Positions 1 to 15,258 of a stretch of 64,000 nt of DNA are shown in pieces. The notes beneath the pieces were generated by a model. It had not been told where the DNA came from and searched no databases. It saw nothing but the letters and a program-made list of their open reading frames with translations. Position 1 is the stretch's first letter; each line of letters begins with the position of its first letter. The position numbers were made by a program, and so were the translations under genes. This DNA comes from the human T2T-CHM13v2.0 reference genome, Homo sapiens, in the NCBI RefSeq assembly GCF_009914755.1, contig NC_060929.1, one strand, 5' to 3'.

Positions 1-802
1 AATTTATGTCAAGTGGGCAGGTAAATCGGGAGTGACAGTAGTGCAGGGAGGATTGGAAAGTCAGGGAGTTCTCTCTGGAGGAGGTGGCTTTTGATCTGCA
101 GCCTAAAGGATGAGAATGGGTCCATTATACAAAATGCTGGGGCAAGAGCACACCCAGTAGAGGGGAGAGTAATAGCAAAGGCTCAGGGCGGGAAGGGCAA
201 GGGAGAGGCCAGTGGGTGAGGTCACATGTGAAGGGCATACAATGGGCAAAGACAAGGCCAGAGTGGCCAGGCCCAATCCTCCAGGACTTGCAGACCTGGG
301 AAAGAGTGCATCTCCATCCTGGGAGCAGCAGGAAACCACTCAGGCCTTTAGAAGATCCTTCTGGCAGCTGTGTAGAGAATGGGTGGTGTGATCCTTCCAT
401 GCATGGGCTCATGTACGTGATTACCAATAACTGTCGAGTGACAGTGTGAGGAGGGCTGCAAGCCATGAGTGTAGGCACAGCAGACAGACTCACCTTTGTC
501 TGGCGGTGAGATGGGGTGGGAAGTGTGCCAAGTTGACCTCCCAAAGAAATGATATTTTAGTGGAAGAATGAATAGAATCAGAGAAGCAAAGTAAGAGGGA
601 AGAGCAGAGAGGACAGCAGGGACAAGGACTTGGGGGCAGGAAGAGGAAAGGCAGGTTAAGGACATGAAAGATGGCCAGGCTGGCTGGAGCTCAGGCCCAG
701 CAAGGCCCCCTGGGGGCCATGGTCATGGGTGAGCTTGGGTTTGGCTTCTGTTTTCGTCTTGGGCTTCTGTGAAAGCCTCGAGCCCTTGCGGGGAACCAGT
801 GA

Positions 803-1063
<261 letters not shown>

Positions 1064-1486
1064 TGAGCCCAAGACCTGCTCTGGTCCAAGATGAACATAC
1101 CACCTGCCATGAGGTGACCCTCAGGATATCCACTGCAGCCATGGGCTGGGGTCATCCTGTCCTGTTGCTTCAGCTAACCGTGTCTCTAGCAGCCACACTA
1201 CTCTGAGGGCTGACTACAGAATCCAGCAGCTTTTGTCTGGGAGAGCTGGACTGAAGAGAGGCATAGCTGGAGACCCATAGCTGGCCCTGGCCAGAAACAG
1301 GGAGAGTGAAAGGCTGGAATAGCCAAGGCCAGAGCAAGGCTAATAGGTAGAGCAACAGCTTACAGGTGTGGGGGTGGCAGATACTGGCACCCTTGAAATG
1401 GATTCCTCATGCCCACGCTTCACTATTCTTCTCTGTGGCTAGGGGATTTATGGATAAACCAAAATTACAGTTAAAAACCAGCCATA

Positions 1487-1786
1487 GGCCAGGCACAGTG
1501 ACTCACGCCTTTAATATCAGCACTTTGGGAGGACAAGGTGGGCGGATCACCTGAGATCTGGAATTTGAGACCAGCCTGGCCAACATGGCGAAACCCCATC
1601 TCTACTAAAAATACAAAAATTAGCTGGGCATGGTGGTGGGCACCTGTAATCCCAGTTACTCAGGGGCTGAGGCAGGAGAACCACTTGAACCCAGGAGGTG
1701 GAGGTTGCAGTGAGCCAAGCTTGCACCACTGCACTCCAGCCTGGGTGACACAGCGACACTCCGTCTCAAGAAAAAAAAAAAAAAAA
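1487..1786 (+). mobile_element. Alu SINE, full length, with a poly(A) tail, in TGFBI intron 7.
   Basis: GGCCAGGCACAGTG...GCACTCCAGCCTGGGTGACA...A16, a dimeric Alu structure. Confidence 0.95.
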
Positions 1787-2592
1787 CAGTTATAGTAGTC
1801 AACTTTTGACTCTCCATTTCAGATTTCGTCATGCCCTCCTCAATGAGCTGCTAAGTTAGGCAGTGCATTGATTATTGCTGCAGGAGAGGGAAGGAAGGAG
1901 CTAACGTGTTTTCACATGTTTTCCTTTTGGAGATGAGAAAGGAGGACTCTGCCTTCCCCCTACCCTGCCCCTTTCTACTCCAGGACCTCTGAAAGGCCAT
2001 GAGCACAAAGCTGCTGCCTGAGTCCCCTGAAATGCAGGGTACGCCCCAGGTCTCTGATGTACCCCACCACACTTTTCCTCTCAAACATATTCCAGGATCA
2101 CTTGATTTCTTTTGAATCTATTTAAACCCACCGTGTCAATGTGCTATATAAAATGTCTAATGCATTTCAGACACCCTATACATCTATACATTTAAAGTGT
2201 TCTCCTTCTATCTGTGCAGGGATGGGAAAGGGCATATTTCTGAAAGCACAGATGGGAAGACGGGATTTGTTCCGTGTCCAGGTGATTATGGTACCTCTAT
2301 GCGCCTGGCCGGCACTGGGGACAGAGGCCATGAAAATGAATACAGCACAGCCTTTGCCTCCAAGAAACTTAAGACCTAGTAGAAATGGCAGGCTTTAAAA
2401 CAGGTTGTTGGGATCTGATTTGGTGAGTGCAATGACAGAGATACTCACAGCACAAAATGGGGAATGAGGGCGGGCATTGGGACACACATAGCCTTAAGGG
2501 GCCCAAAGGCTTTTAGAACTGTATTCCCTATTAAAACATGATTTGCACAGAGCACATTCTTTGCTTTGGAGACCTCAGAACTCCTTACTATA

Positions 2593-2903
<311 letters not shown>

Positions 2904-4319
2904 CTCCTTATTATAAACTGTAAGAAAAAAAAGGCCCCTACTTCGTCCCTTTTGCAAATCTGCCTTTTCCTACTCACTAACCAGCTGGTTCAGAGCAAGG
3001 ACACTCTGTTTGGTGCCATCGCTGCAGACTGGAAGGAAGAGGTCCTTGCCCCACACCCAACAGTCTCCTGCTGTTACCGGCAGGTTGGCAGGCAGGCAGG
3101 CGAGAAGCAGCCAGGGCTGGTGGTGTGTCCAGTTTGAAGACTAGTTTCCAGCCCTGGCCCTGCTCACCCTCCAAGTGGCCCTGGCAGGTTCCTCTACCAC
3201 ATCGTGGACTTCACCTTCCTTCTCTAAGAAGCTCAATCCCCAAGGCCTCATTCCCATAGGCCTTCTCACCCTTTTTCTTTCCCTCTGGCTGAATGTGGCC
3301 AGCACGGGCTTCCAAGGCCATCAACTCGTCTGCAGCAGCCCCATGCCTTGCAGGGCCTCAGAGCTTCCTCCTGCCTATGACAGTGTGGTTTTGGTTCCCA
3401 CACTTGGGATCAGATTGAAACTCGCCTCCGTGGTGAGAATATGGGACATAGAGCCTCGGTGACCTTGGTGAGCAGCAGTCCAGGCCACCTGCTCAGCCTG
3501 GGGTTGGGGGGGGCTCCTCCTCCTTGACTGGTCCTTGCATTTGCCTCCATCCAGCCTGTCTGGGCTCTCCGAGGCAATGGAGACCAGCAGGAGTCACGAT
3601 GGGTCAGGAGCCCCCTTTGGGCCTCAGCCCTGCCCTGCCCCCTAAAGTAGCACTTGGATAAGCAAATAAATTATTATACTTACTATTTATGGGTGTGGTG
3701 AATGGGATGGCAAAGGCCAAGTCTTACTGATCACCAAACCTTAAGATATATCCTGGCAGCTAGTAGACCCTTGGGCTAAATGAACAGAAAACTGGACAAA
3801 TAAAGTGTACACAAATAACTCAAAGCTGTCATTTGTACACTTTTCGTCTTTTCCTACTACAGTTTACATTTTTATAAAGGTGAGTAGATTTCTAAAATCC
3901 CGTGGTAGGCTCTCTTGAGTTTTTCTTGTATCCCTGAAGTTCAGCTACAAATAAGCTAATCACTAACATTTGTTGAGCATTTACTCTGTTGTCAGGCCCC
4001 GTGCCGAGTGCTTTAGGTTCAGAATTTCATGTCATCCCCACAGCAGCCCTAGGAGATGAATGCAATTCTTATGTCCACTTGACTGATAAGGAAGTTGAGG
4101 TTCAAAGAGGCTAAATGACTCTCCCAGGGTCCCACAGCTGGAAAGTGGCCACAGGGCCCCAGCTGGTTTTCTAGGGCAGCAGGCAGAAGGCGAGGAGGAT
4201 CTGGGCCCTGTGGTGCCCCAGCCTCATCTGAGGGTCCTCATCTGAGAGAACAGGATCCTCACAGCATGGGCAGGCTGCAAGTGGTCCCTGAGGTTATCGT
4301 GGAGTGGACCCTGACTTGA

Positions 4320-4772
<453 letters not shown>

Positions 4773-5328
4773 TGAAGGGGTCTGGGGACAGACTCAATCA
4801 CAGAGGCCTTTCAGAAGATCTGCCTGCTGTGCATGGGCAAAGAGGGCCACTTGCTGACCTCAGAGCATGTGCTTTCTCAGTAGTGCCCAAGCTGTCCCAT
4901 GGTCACTGACCCAGTTAGAATGACTGAATGGACTTTGGCTTGTGTCTCATTAGGAATCCTAGCCCCATTCTAGTCTTCCAGTGAGATCTGTCCATGAGTG
5001 AAGGAATCTCACAGGAAAAAACAAAATGCTTCTATGGGTGTGGTTGCTGGCCTTATCTACACCACAGAAGCCATCACACAGACTGTCTTTCTTCCCATTG
5101 TTAGAATGTGCCCTGACCAAGCAGCCCACAGGGCCTGGGACAGAGGCTGATCTCTGCCTAACTGAGCTCACCTCTCCTTCCTCTCCTCCTGACTGGTTAG
5201 ATTTTCTAGGTGACTGTTCCCCTGATGACACAAGCCCGCTGGGCCCCAGCAGTGTTTAGAGGGGTTGTTGACTCACGAGATGACATTCCTGCTGATGTGT
5301 GTCATGCCCTGGGGTGGATGAATGATAA

Positions 5329-5841
<513 letters not shown>

Positions 5842-6131
5842 TAGTCAAGAGGTCAGAGTGAGGGTACAGCTGAGCTGCAGCCCCAGGAAGGCAGAGAAGG
5901 GGGCCAAGTTGTGTGCGTGCCTGCCCTTCCCTCTTAGGGCAAAACTCCAAACACCCTTGATTATCTGGATCTTCTTTAATTCTCCATAGAAGATACCAGA
6001 TGTTAAGGAATATTGGCAGCTTCACTTGGTTTCTCAATCCCTGTTTCCAAACTCAAGGAGGGATGGGCTTTTTCACTGTATTTATCTCTCATCACTCTCT
6101 TCATTGCAGGAGCACATCTCTCTGGACCTAA

Positions 6132-6311
<180 letters not shown>

Positions 6312-7048
6312 TAAATCATGCTCCTGGGAAGCTCCTTACTGTGGGACTTGTATTAGTGTAAAAAAAAATGTCCTCAATAAGCAGGAGTTTGCATGAGAAC
6401 TGGTTGCTGACAAGGAAGGAAATAATTTCTGGAAAATATAGATAACAAAATGAGATCCTGCAGAAGGATTGGAATCTCTTTTTCTGGAGGCCTTTGAGAA
6501 TAAACCACACAATTATCCAACCTGTATTGTGAAGGAATAAGTCCTTCTTGAATTCAGGAATTAACACCTGGGAGGAGGGATGGAGTTCAGACTCTTTCTG
6601 AGCTTATGAGAAGAGAAGCCCCCTAAACTAAAATACAGCCCTCCTTGGTCCAAAAGGTGCCTTCTCTCTTCTGCTGTATCTTCTTTGTTTTCAAACCCAA
6701 CAGTTACCCTGGAAATCAAAAAGGAAGTACAACTCAACATAGCTCTTGCCTGGGACCAACCAGCACCATTTGGCTAAAGATGGTTATCATCTGTTAAACA
6801 AAGAAATAAATAAATGGGTTCAACGTATTTATTTCAACATTGTCAATGGACCTCATGTGTAACTGATATTCTCATTATGGGACCTCTGTGTGACTTTATT
6901 GGGGCCTCTCTAACCGTTCTTTCCTTAAGGAAGACCATTTATTGTTTTATTTCCTGGAGAAAATACATCATTTTATCCCAGCCTTAATAACCCATCCCAG
7001 TGTATACTCCTTCATCTTCATGGATAATGACCCTGCTACATGCTCTGA

Positions 7049-7252
<204 letters not shown>

Positions 7253-8052
7253 TAATTAGTTCCATCCCCGGGTGGAGCTTCTGCCCAGTGGTCATGCTGG
7301 AGTGGGATGTGGGGCCCCAGCTATTTGTCAAGCTTTCTTCTACCTTGGGGATTCAATTAACACTAGCAGTGCACTGCTGCGACCTTCCAGACTTGGGATG
7401 GGGAAAAGGCAAGGGTCGCCTTGAAAGCTTACATTGGGAAGAAGGGTTACTTCTAAGAGTGTAATCTTCACATGCATGGGAAGCAGGGAGGGGGGACTAC
7501 ATTTTTATGACTGAAGTGCAAGGAAAACATCACCCTCTCATTGTAAAGCTCCAAGTGAGCCAAGAGCACATAGTTTACAGTGCACGATGAGCCTCTCACT
7601 CTCTGCGCAGTATCTGTTTATTGCAACTGAAGCACCCTTGTGAGTTTGTTTTCTTGCCCGGCTATCTCCATTTCTGACTTGCTCATTCACCTTGGGGTGC
7701 TGTCATATTGAATGTTTCCCTGTCACTGACTTCAGCCACCTGCACAAGGGCTTGGAGACCACACCCCTCTGCCCTCCCAGAATCATATCCCTGGAGGCTC
7801 AGCTAGTCTCTGGGTCAGCCATACCTCTGCCCTTTCTTTTCCCTCCTTTCTCCTGTGGCCTCTGACGTCTGGCCATTTAACAGAGCTTAGCATTTTTGCT
7901 GGGTGGAGAGAGCTGGAGCCTGGAATCACTCCCTCTTTGTGCATACGGAGGGCATGAAAACCAAGGTGTGTGCATTCCAGTGGCCTGGACTCTACTATCC
8001 TCAGTGGTGAGGTATTTAAGGAAAATACCTCTCAGCGTGGTGAGGTATTTAA

Positions 8053-8265
<213 letters not shown>

Positions 8266-10524
8266 TAAAGTAGTGATCCCTCAGGGCCCCAGCAGCAAAC
8301 AGTTGGCACATCAAGGATTGACTTGAAGGGATTTTATGACAAGACTATTAGTGAAAGAGTGGGCGGGACTAAAGGAACTAGCAAAGGATGAGGCCAACCA
8401 GGGACTAGCAACCCTGGGAAGCCTTTACTACCCCTAGGCCTGGGGGAATGGGAGGATGAGAGCAGGAACCAGGGAGGTCATGAGCCTTGGACAAGGGCAC
8501 AGAACAGCAGCCAGAGCCATGTGCAGCCAGCCACTGTCAGAACCATGCAAGGGGGACCACTCAGCGCCCCAGCCTCCCTCTCAGACAGTTGCCATCTGGG
8601 TCTCTTGTTGGCTGATGCGAGAGCAGGAGGGAGCCCACTGATGCAGTTCATAGAGCTCAGCCTCCTGGGCAGGAAACCGGGCAGAGAGGAGTAGAAAAGA
8701 ATTAAGGGTGGCTGCGACCAGCCCAGTCACTGAGGCACGTTTCCCACTGGAGACCTATGAGCACAGTGATAATAAAGCCAGTTACCTGCACTGACTATCC
8801 CTCCAGACAAAAGCTTTCCCAAGAAGTTAGTCATGGCTCTGAGAGATCTAGTTGAGGATGTTTGGCAGGGGATCTAGTGGTTATGGGTGGCTAAGAAAAA
8901 TGAGGAAGGTAAGAGTATCTTGCAGCCTGTGTTGGGAGGATTAAATAGGATGCCACACACAGGGCCAGGCAGACAGCCTGGTCAGTAATAGCCATGACGA
9001 TGGGGGCGGGGGGAGCAGGAATGGGAGTTGCAGTGTTTAGCTCAGATGCATGCCTGTGAGAGATGCTTCCACTCTCACAGAAAGATGAGACCAAGGAAAA
9101 GGAGGAGGAAGAGGAAGGACCTTGACAAACCTTGGGGCCCACATTGTCTACACCTCCCTTCCTGCTCTAGAGCAGAATAGAAAGTTCAGGTTGCAGGCAG
9201 CTCTAAGTTGAATTCGTGTCCTGTTTAATTTTCTTTATTGCTAAATGAATGCCTGTGTCTGTGATGCTGACGTATGTTCCTAAGGAGAGGGGAGAAGTTC
9301 ATTCTGAACATAAACTTTTCATCCTCTCTCTGTCCAGCAAGAATGGAATATTCCCCAAGTGGCCTGAGCCAGCTTGGCTTTCTTTTTGTTTTCAATTATG
9401 TGGGAGTTGAGGAGGGGGATGGGAAAAGCTTCCCAAACACACCCTCCCCCAGGCCTGAGGCACCCCTGGGGGACAGAGAGTGTTAGAGGTTGGTACAGGT
9501 GTTAGAGATATTGAAAGGACATCCCATGCACCCCAGGGGCTGGTGTGGCTCTGTACTTCCAGGCAATATTTTGTGGAAGGGGAACCTTGTCAGCTCCAGG
9601 TTGTGGATGTTTGAAAATCAGTTGGTACCCAGTGGCTCCATCCTCTGGCAGGCATGTGGATTTGTCAATAACCAAGTGAACTCTCCAAAATAAGTTAAAA
9701 CTTCCTCCCTTCTCAGTTTCAAGATGCTGGAAATAGCTGTTCATAAGCCCTGGGGAAATTTAGCCCTTTGGCTGGTAATGGGAGTATCCGAGATGAGAGG
9801 GCAGCTGGAAACTTTCGGAATGACCTCCCACACTTAATTTGGGAAATGCCTCTGCACCTTTATGGGCAACCAGATGCCTGCCCCAGTTGCTGGAGACACT
9901 GATGTGGGCTGAAAGGAATGCTGAGACGTGACGAGGAGAGATGCTGCGGAGGGAATATCCCCCTCAGCCCTGACCTCATCGGCTCCATGGCTCCTCCACA
10001 GTACAGCTGTCTACTCTTTTAAGTTCTCCCTTCAGGAAATAGCCATCTCAAACAGAATGTGCATTTGAGGGCAGAATGTGTAAATATTGCACTACTGTGT
10101 TATAACCGTCAGGAGCCATGCTGATGATGAAACGTCCCAGATGCCGGTGCTGGAAAGGTCCCTGGCTTTCCAAGCAAATATTTATCTCATGGAAACATGA
10201 GTCATACTCACAGAGGAGTATGGATTAACTCCTTCTCAGCAGCCAGGGAGCCCAGCATCCCAGACAGCATATTTAACCCAGAGGCCAACTGACTGCTGGG
10301 GCAGATTTGTGGTCATGAACATGTGCTTTGTGTCCTCTGACCATTAGACAGATTGTGGGTCACAACGTTGAGTATACAGTGGGAGCTTAATAAGTGCTTA
10401 TTCCCTGGGCAGGGAGTTCTTCATTTCAGGGGTGACCACTTACATCTTCTCCTCTGGGCCCTCCTTGACCAGGCTAATTACCATTCTTGGGATTAACTCT
10501 ATCTCCTTTTCCCGCAACCTGCAG

Positions 10525-10649
10525 GAGATGCCAAGGAACTTGCCAACATCCTGAAATACCACATTGGTGATGAAATCCTGGTTAGCGGAGGCATCGGGGC
10601 CCTGGTGCGGCTAAAGTCTCTCCAAGGTGACAAGCTGGAAGTCAGCTTG
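10525..10649 (+). CDS. TGFBI: TGFBI exon 13 (125 nt). Encodes (G)[41 protein letters not shown].
   Basis: Acceptor aacctgcag|GA and donor AGCTTG|gtaagt. Confidence 0.95.
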
Positions 10650-11863
10650 GTAAGTGTCCTGCAAATCAAAGGCTGGCTAAATTTCCCCAGGGCAGGGCTC
10701 CAGGACATATCTCACCCCCAGGATGGAATTATACACACACAACCTTCAAGTTGCAGCCCGAATCTCTGAGTGTAATTCGTCCAAAGAAAAAGAGAAAAGA
10801 GAAGAGGGTCTTCAGGGAAATCAAGTGAGATCATAGTTAGACATGAGTAAGAACTTCCAGATTTACAAGGGAATAGAGCATCTGATTTGGCATCTGAGAG
10901 AGGCTATTAGATCTTCCTTCTCTTAAGGAGGTTGTAGGCAACTAGTTATGTGACTGAAGAGATCAGTCTCTACTCACACCATCCCACCCCCCAAACCCAG
11001 GGCTTCACTGAGTTGTACCATGAACCAGACCATCCCAAGAGGCTTTTTGAGTTCTGACACTTGCTCTGTGAGCCTTCCCTTGCTCTGCACATTGATGATA
11101 TAACTTTGTAACTGCACTAAGAGTGTTCCTAAAGCAGATAGCCAGCCGAGCTCCAGAAATCTCCCTGGCTGCACCTGCAGAGGCCACTGACCCCTCTGTG
11201 GAGGGACCGCTCTTCAGTGTGTGGCTGGCTTCTACTCTCTGCTCCTCTCTCTTGGTCTTCAGCCATCCATTGCTCACCAGTTTCTCACGAGGAGCATAGG
11301 AAGATATGCATGTAGGGAGGTAGGCACGGGGATGACTTGTTTGACTTTAGCAGGTCATTCAAGAATCTCCTCGCACCTGGTTTCAGATGCTGGGGTCCTG
11401 TCTGTCACAGGCTTCTGTGCCTCCTACCCCCTTGAGTTTGTCACATGGCCCTTCAGGAAGGCCTGAGATAGATTTGCCCTGGGTGGGCCTCCTATGAGAA
11501 AATCTTAAGTGAGGCACCCAGGCAAAATGGAAAGAGCCTTTTGCCCAGAGCAGGAAGCCTGTCTTCCATTTCCAGCTGTTCCACCTACTTAGCTTAAAAG
11601 AGGCACTTCGCCTGTCTTCAGTCTCAGTCTCAGTCTCCTCTTCTGTGGAATGGGACAATAATATCTACTCTCCTTATCATACACTGCTGTGAGGACTGAG
11701 TGGATCACACAAAAAAGCATTATGTAAATTGCAAAGTGCTAAATCCACACAGGAGATTTGAATTAATCCACCACACTGAAGGTCTGTCAAGGGCAGGGAC
11801 TGTTTCATTCACCAGAGTATCCCCAGTCTAACACAGGACTTGGCATATGAAAAGTGTTCAGTA

Positions 11864-12175
<312 letters not shown>

Positions 12176-12268
12176 CTGTTCAGTAAACACTTGCTGAATG
12201 AATAAAATAAATATATAAATGTATAAATAAATGCTCTACTTTCAACCACTACTCTGTTTTTCTTTTAG

Positions 12269-12457
<189 letters not shown>

Positions 12458-12540
12458 TGATGAGAATAACATGTAATTGTGATAGTTAAACTGTGCCTAT
12501 GTGACTGATTGCAGAGTGAATTGGGAGCTGTTGGTTTTGA

Positions 12541-13044
<504 letters not shown>

Positions 13045-14097
13045 TGAGCAGCCTCAGGTCCTCTGTTTGGGCCATAGAGGAGCCTCTCCAGCCCCTGTCT
13101 TCCTTGGCTGCTCCCCAGGGCTCTCTTAAAACTTCTCCCCACTCCCACTGAGGCATCCTCAGCCCCAGCCTGTGTCAAATTCAGAGTAAAGAACCAAGGC
13201 AACTCCCTGGCTTTCATGGGCCAAAGCGCAGGCTTTCACACCGAGGCCTCTGAGCCTCAGATCATGGGGAAGTCACTGCTGGAGAGAACAGACATAGCTC
13301 TGGAAGCCATCTGCCCAAGAGGGCAGCCCATCCCAAGTTCATCTTACAGTGGCCAGGCCTGCCCTGAGCCGGGGCCTCTGGGTCACTCTTCTGCTGTCCA
13401 TGGCATTGCCCATCCTGGGTGAGGCTGGGGCTCTCCTGGGCACTGTATGTATTCTGGATACAGGGATACTGGGCTCGCTATGTGTGTGGAGCCATCCCTT
13501 CCTTGCCCCAGCCCCACCTCCCTCTCAAACCCTCTCTGGCTCTTTCTGAGCTTCCTTTCCTGCTCCCCAGCTTGCCCAGTGCTCAGTGCCCCACTTGGCT
13601 CTTTTGCTACTTCGGGTCAGGTGGAGCCTCTTGGGAATGTGAAGTGCCTTACAGAAAGATTGCACTTCAAGAGGAGAGGCTGCAGGGAGCCATCCTAAAC
13701 CCAGAGGCCTGGAGCTTACCGTGTCACTTTACTTTTGTACACAGGGGTCTCCTTAGTGCCCTCGAGAAGGATTCTTGGCCCTGAGCTTCTACTCCTGAGG
13801 CCACCTCTGTGCAGCCCCAGCTCCCTCAACTCTAGGCTGTAGTCTCAGTGGGAAAGCCTGGCTTGGGGGTCTCCTAGGAATGTCCACCTGAAGGCACACT
13901 TGATAGGGGCTTGCACAACTTATGTCTGCCAAGGCCACCTGAGGAACTCCCTGGTGCCTATAAGTTCCACCTTCCCCTTCCTCTTCCTCGCCCCAGCATT
14001 TTTTCTGAGTAGGGGTGGCAATGGGCAAAGCCATTGTCATAAGCAGTTGCAGGTATAACTTTCACTAGAAAACCTGACACCTTGTGTTTTCTTTCAG

Positions 14098-14122
14098 GCT
14101 TCCCAGAGGTCTGTGCGACTAG
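14098..14122 (+). CDS. TGFBI: TGFBI exon 16, a 25-nt micro-exon. Encodes ASQRSVRL plus the first base of the following A codon.
   Basis: Acceptor tttctttcag|GCT and donor CTAG|gtgagt. This exon is needed to keep the frame between exons 15 and 17. Confidence 0.92.
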
Positions 14123-14620
14123 GTGAGTCTGGTCTGGGTTTGAAGTCATTGCAGACCTGTTTAGGCCTTACCCCCAAGCAAGCCCAAGCCTGCCATCTGC
14201 TGTATATAGATAAGAACATCATGGTGCAGTAAAAGAAGCCTGGCCTTTGGAGTCAGAACAGCAGGGTGACTTGGGGTCAGACCCAGAGCACCCCATTTCC
14301 TTCTCTGTAAGATGAGGATAATAAGAGTAACAACCTTTTAGGGTTAAGGTGAGTTTTCAGCTTAGGAAGTCTGGGAATATTGCAAAGGGCTTGGCAGGAA
14401 CCCATGGTGAGGATCTAGTTCCAAGTTGATAGGTACAGAAAACCAGAACATCGGGCCTTGAGTAAAGAGTGAAGTTTCACAAACCACAAAGCACCTGCTA
14501 TGTGCAGGAGAGCATGGCAGAAGGAGGCTGCTTGGCCCTGGTCCTTGAGATTCTGACAGTGTCCTAGACAGACATGGGGAGATCTGCACCTATTTGACGT
14601 TACCAACTTCTCTTTTTCAG

Positions 14621-14661
14621 CCCCTGTCTATCAAAAGTTATTAGAGAGGATGAAGCATTAG
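14621..14661 (+). CDS. TGFBI: TGFBI exon 17, coding part. Encodes (A)PVYQKLLERMKH followed by the TAG stop at 14659-14661.
   Basis: Acceptor tctttttcag|CC. The protein's C-terminus (MKH*) is reproduced exactly. Confidence 0.95.
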
Positions 14662-15258
14662 CTTGAAGCACTACAGGAGGAATGCACCACGGCAGCTCTC
14701 CGCCAATTTCTCTCAGATTTCCACAGAGACTGTTTGAATGTTTTCAAAACCAAGTATCACACTTTAATGTACATGGGCCGCACCATAATGAGATGTGAGC
14801 CTTGTGCATGTGGGGGAGGAGGGAGAGAGATGTACTTTTTAAATCATGTTCCCCCTAAACATGGCTGTTAACCCACTGCATGCAGAAACTTGGATGTCAC
14901 TGCCTGACATTCACTTCCAGAGAGGACCTATCCCAAATGTGGAATTGACTGCCTATGCCAAGTCCCTGGAAAAGGAGCTTCAGTATTGTGGGGCTCATAA
15001 AACATGAATCAAGCAATCCAGCCTCATGGGAAGTCCTGGCACAGTTTTTGTAAAGCCCTTGCACAGCTGGAGAAATGGCATCATTATAAGCTATGAGTTG
15101 AAATGTTCTGTCAAATGTGTCTCACATCTACACGTGGCTTGGAGGCTTTTATGGGGCCCTGTCCAGGTAGAAAAGAAATGGTATGTAGAGCTTAGATTTC
15201 CCTATTGTGACAGAGCCATGGTGTGTTTGTAATAATAAAACCAAAGAAACATACGTCC
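14662..15258 (+). other. TGFBI: TGFBI 3'UTR (~0.6 kb). The cleavage site is estimated roughly 20 nt after the AATAAA signal.
   Basis: The sequence after the stop codon is non-repetitive and ends with AATAATAAA at 15231-15239. Confidence 0.75.
15234..15239 (+). promoter_or_regulatory. TGFBI: Polyadenylation signal AATAAA for TGFBI.
   Basis: A canonical hexamer sits ~575 nt downstream of the stop codon and is followed by a CA/GU-rich region (ccaaagaaacatacgtcctgtgtg). Confidence 0.75.
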
